From Acidimicrobiia bacterium (GTDB taxonomy: Bacteria > Actinomycetota > Acidimicrobiia > Spongiisociales > ZC4RG35): a stretch of DNA of 24,000 bases. The stretch spans positions 1-24,000 of the forward strand of contig JBAVPF010000549.1 in assembly GCA_049692815.1 (NCBI GenBank), in the 5' to 3' direction. The notes below the pieces were generated by a model. The model made no database searches, was not told the origin of the DNA, and worked only from the letters and a program-made list of their open reading frames with translations. Shown here piece after piece: positions 21,497-24,000 of the stretch (its first letter is position 1; every line of letters starts with the position of its first letter). The position numbers were made by a program, and so were the translations under genes.

Positions 21497-21650
21497 GGTT
21501 CCTCTCCCGTCGAGCCCTTGGCGACCGTCCGAGCAGAATCGCCATCGACCCGACAACAACTCCGAACTCAACTGAGACGATCTGCAACAGCATCATGGCG
21601 GCCACCACCGAGGAGGCGACGATTGGAGCCCGAGTCCGTGGATATTTCAT
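21489..21650 (-). CDS. Candidate 53-aa small membrane protein (below the ORF-track size cut-off)
   Basis: Hand translation gives MKYPRTRAPIVASSVVAAMMLLQIVSVEFGVVVGSMAILLGRSPRARRERNHG*. GGAG lies 7 nt upstream of ATG 21650. One hydrophobic helix followed by a basic tail. Its stop overlaps the next gene's start in ATGGGTGA (8-nt overlap). Confidence 0.35.
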   Translation of the reverse strand: MKYPRTRAPIVASSVVAAMMLLQIVSVEFGVVVGSMAILLGRSPRARRERNHG

Positions 21651-21693
21651 GACAACACTCCTTGTCTTCTAGTCATGTTTGCTTTACATCGGC

Positions 21694-21734
21694 ATTCTGT
21701 CATCGAGCCCAACTCGATGTCAAGTTCACTTGAC
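21694..21734 (-). promoter_or_regulatory. Promoter with two adjacent palindromes (operator candidate for the XRE regulator)
   Basis: Minus strand has TTGACA (plus 21718-21723), 18-nt spacer, CAGAAT (plus 21694-21699). Palindromes are GTCAAGT-tc-ACTTGAC (21719-21734) and CATCGAG-cccaa-CTCGATG (21701-21719), overlapping the -35 and spacer. Lies 45-85 nt upstream of ATG 21650. Confidence 0.4.
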
Positions 21735-21922
21735 TCGGTCGCACGGAGGGCGGCGAAGGCGAGCTGGCGATCACGTCGATAGTGCCTCACACCAGAACCG
21801 ACACGAAGCAAGGAGGGCAGCGTTGAGCTGTTCGAATGCTCCAACGGCGCCAGGTGCCGCACGTCGGGAATGGCGACAGTGCGCGCGGTCGTGGAGCAGG
21901 ACCGATCTCAGGGTGACCGTTA

Positions 21923-23362
21923 ATGTTGCCCCCGGTGGCAAACCGCTCAGCCGTCCACACCCCTCCGGCCAGGGCATGGCTGAGACGCCCTGAAACCTGG
22001 GTCCTCCTCGTAGCCGTCGTCTACGCGTCGTCTCAGTTGCTCCTGCTGGACACTTCACGCTTCTTCAGTTGGGACGAAGCCATCTACACATCACAGGTGA
22101 GTCCCTTTGCCGACGCCCTCAGCATGGGTGCGCACCGGGCTCGGGGGGTGACCCTGATCGTGGCCCCGGTAGCCGCGATCACGGACTCGATGCCCGTCCT
22201 GAGGAGCTATCTCGCCTTGGTCTCGAGTGCGGGGCTGTTCGGCGCGTTCGTCGTCTGGTGTCGTTCCGTCCGTTGGGCCGCGCCCATCGCCGCCGGATTG
22301 TTCGCCACGAGTTGGATCGCTGTCTATTACGGGTCGGCCGTCTACCCGAATCTCTATTCGGCGTTGATCGCGGTGGCAGCCACCGGCATCACCTTGAGGG
22401 TCGACACATCAGAGAGTCGCACCACGCTTTTCGTGTTGGGCGGGGTGATGACGGTCGGGATGCTGGTGCGTCCCACGGAGGCGGTGATCGTCGCCGTCTG
22501 CGTCGTTGCTGTGGCCTTCTTCGAGGCGCGTCCCCGGATCGTCGCCATTTGCGTCGCCAGTCTCGGCGGCCTGACGGTCGGAGCGCTGCCGTGGCTGGCC
22601 GAAGCATGGATTCGGTTCGAGGGACCCCTGCAGCGTCTGCATGCAGCAAGCGCAGCAGTCGGTGGTGGCCTGCGGAGCAACGTTCTCGACTACCTGCACA
22701 CCTTGGATGGGTCGGCCGGTCCGATAAACCGTTGGGCGCTACTCGACTTCGGTCTCCTGCTCCTGCTGGGGATGGCCGGGCTGTTTCGAAGGGAGCCGAA
22801 GATGCGGCGAATGGCCGGAATCGTCATGGCCTCGGCCGCTCTCCTCGTCTCCCCATATCTATTCGCCACCGAGCCGATCGCAGATCGTTTCATGCTCCCC
22901 GGGTACGGGATGCTCTGTCTTGGGTCGGCCCTGGGGGTAACGGCCATCTCGCACGCACTCGAGAGAACGGGGCTGGCCACGATCGTCCTCGCGGCGTCGG
23001 TGCTACTCATCGGCGCCTGGAACTACCCGGCTCTCAAAGCCTGGGATGACCGTCAGGTGGGAAACGCCGACACCGCTCTCACATTGGGAGAGGCGGTCGA
23101 AGCTCGGTCCGGTTCGGACGATTGCTTCTTCCTGAGCCCTTTCAACTACCCGGCGATCTCATTCGCCTCCGGATGCCGGGGAGGGCCATTGGCTGACAGC
23201 GCCACCGCGAACCAGGCCCGGGTCGAGGCGGCGGGTGCAGACCGAATGATCCTTGCCCTGACGCCCGAGCCCGACGTCCTCGGGATTCTCGGGGCGGGTT
23301 GGCGTTGCGACCCGATACCTGCCCTCGCAGTCAAAGGTTGGCAGATCTGTTCCCGCTCCTGA
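21923..23362 (+). CDS. Polytopic membrane protein, probable GT-C-fold glycosyltransferase (ArnT / PMT / GT39-83-like)
   Basis: About 10 or more hydrophobic helices. First extracytoplasmic loop carries FFSWDEAIYTSQ (Asp-Glu motif typical of GT-C enzymes). Soluble C-terminal domain. Family assignment is from motif and topology only. Confidence 0.55.
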   Translation: MLPPVANRSAVHTPPARAWLRRPETWVLLVAVVYASSQLLLLDTSRFFSWDEAIYTSQVSPFADALSMGAHRARGVTLIVAPVAAITDSMPVLRSYLALVSSAGLFGAFVVWCRSVRWAAPIAAGLFATSWIAVYYGSAVYPNLYSALIAVAATGITLRVDTSESRTTLFVLGGVMTVGMLVRPTEAVIVAVCVVAVAFFEARPRIVAICVASLGGLTVGALPWLAEAWIRFEGPLQRLHAASAAVGGGLRSNVLDYLHTLDGSAGPINRWALLDFGLLLLLGMAGLFRREPKMRRMAGIVMASAALLVSPYLFATEPIADRFMLPGYGMLCLGSALGVTAISHALERTGLATIVLAASVLLIGAWNYPALKAWDDRQVGNADTALTLGEAVEARSGSDDCFFLSPFNYPAISFASGCRGGPLADSATANQARVEAAGADRMILALTPEPDVLGILGAGWRCDPIPALAVKGWQICSRS

Positions 23363-23389
23363 AGCCCGACCGGGGCGATACGACCCTGC

Positions 23390-23986
23390 TCAGGCTTCGA
23401 CTCTCTCTTCGGAACGCGGGCCGACCAGGACGGGGACGGCGACACCGCCTACAAGCCGGCCGGTGACACTCCCGAAGAGGGCCTCGGAGATCCCGTGGCC
23501 ACGGGCCCCCACCACAACCAGCTCGAAGCCTCTCTCGTCGGCGTACTCCGCCAGTGCGTTGTCGGCACGACCGAACAGGACTGTTGTCTCCACCGGCTCG
23601 AACCCGATCTCGGTCGCGGCGCGAGAGAGCCCCGTCTCCGCATCCGCCTGGCGCTCCACTCCCGTATAGGTGCCGGCGGTGTCGTAGTCGAGCACGCTGG
23701 CCAACGTCAGACTGGTGACACAATCGCCGAACAGGGCGAGGGCGGAACGCACCGCAGCCACCGATTCGGCTGAGCCGTCGATGCCGGCGAGGACGTCGAA
23801 ACGACCCGACAAGGGCTTCAGGTCACCAGTTTCGTCGAACGCGGCCGGGTGGAATCGCGCCCGCTCGACGGCAAGGGGAACCGACAATGGGCCGAGAACG
23901 GCCCCAAGCACGAGCCAAACCCAGAAATCATGCCCGCGCCGGCGCATCGTGAACGCCACGACGACACCTATGACCAGCCAGGTCAC
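23390..23986 (-). CDS. Membrane-anchored universal stress protein (USP) domain protein; the frame stays open to the window edge, so the true start may lie beyond 24000
   Basis: C-terminal USP fold (VLAGIDGSAESVAAVRSAL..., ELVVVGARGHGISEALFGSVTGRLVGGVAVPVLVGP) preceded by two hydrophobic helices. Codons upstream of the GTG at 23986 (..TIIA) contain no stop up to base 24000. Confidence 0.75.
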   Translation of the reverse strand: MTWLVIGVVVAFTMRRRGHDFWVWLVLGAVLGPLSVPLAVERARFHPAAFDETGDLKPLSGRFDVLAGIDGSAESVAAVRSALALFGDCVTSLTLASVLDYDTAGTYTGVERQADAETGLSRAATEIGFEPVETTVLFGRADNALAEYADERGFELVVVGARGHGISEALFGSVTGRLVGGVAVPVLVGPRSEERVEA

Positions 23987-24000
23987 CGCGATGATGGTGA

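Noticed and set aside
20746-21922. Integrated mobile element or genomic island at the tRNA-Ile 3' end.
   Set aside because: No integrase, recombinase or transposase gene is present. I could not find a direct repeat of the tRNA 3' segment (for example GGTTCAAGTCCACGTGGGCCCA) elsewhere in the window. Only slightly lower GC and the XRE module hint at foreign origin, so this is kept as a low-weight remark inside a finding.

Overview
High-GC (by eye about two-thirds G+C), gene-dense window that looks like Actinomycetota chromosome; lineage is inferred from gene content (ECF sigma factors, LAL regulator, class F sortase, DUF4397/DUF4242, leaderless-type promoters). I support 26 protein-coding genes, including one partial CDS at the left edge and a 53-aa ORF missing from the supplied track. 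I also support one decayed gene, one tRNA-Ile(GAU), a coding tandem repeat, several hairpins and several hand-found promoter/operator candidates. Most long antisense ORFs in the track are high-GC shadow frames. Two loci stand out. (1) 4944-8715: a heliorhodopsin gene lies 36 nt downstream of, and on the same strand as, a cobalamin(B12)-binding photoreceptor-type protein with no DNA-binding domain. This pair is divergent from an ECF sigma / 77-aa zinc anti-sigma / PlsC-like acyltransferase operon that has a textbook GAAC-N17-CGTC promoter. I read this as a candidate two-chromophore (retinal plus cobalamin) light-to-sigma-factor module; I know of no description of such a module. (2) 12210-14663: a second ECF sigma is translationally coupled to a single-pass membrane protein and divergent from a secreted paralogue of that protein's extracytoplasmic part. 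The paralogues share an Ig-like domain and an unrecognised ~83-aa C-terminal domain. The intergenic region holds two mirror-image ECF-type promoters (GTAAACC-N16-CG[T/A]GT). Other observations are a DUF4397 protein with a non-canonical sorting signal next to a class F sortase, a frameshifted and truncated SDR remnant, a probable frameshift in a methyltransferase, and a tRNA-adjacent XRE module with a palindromic operator/promoter. All family calls come from motifs I recognise by eye; no database search was possible.
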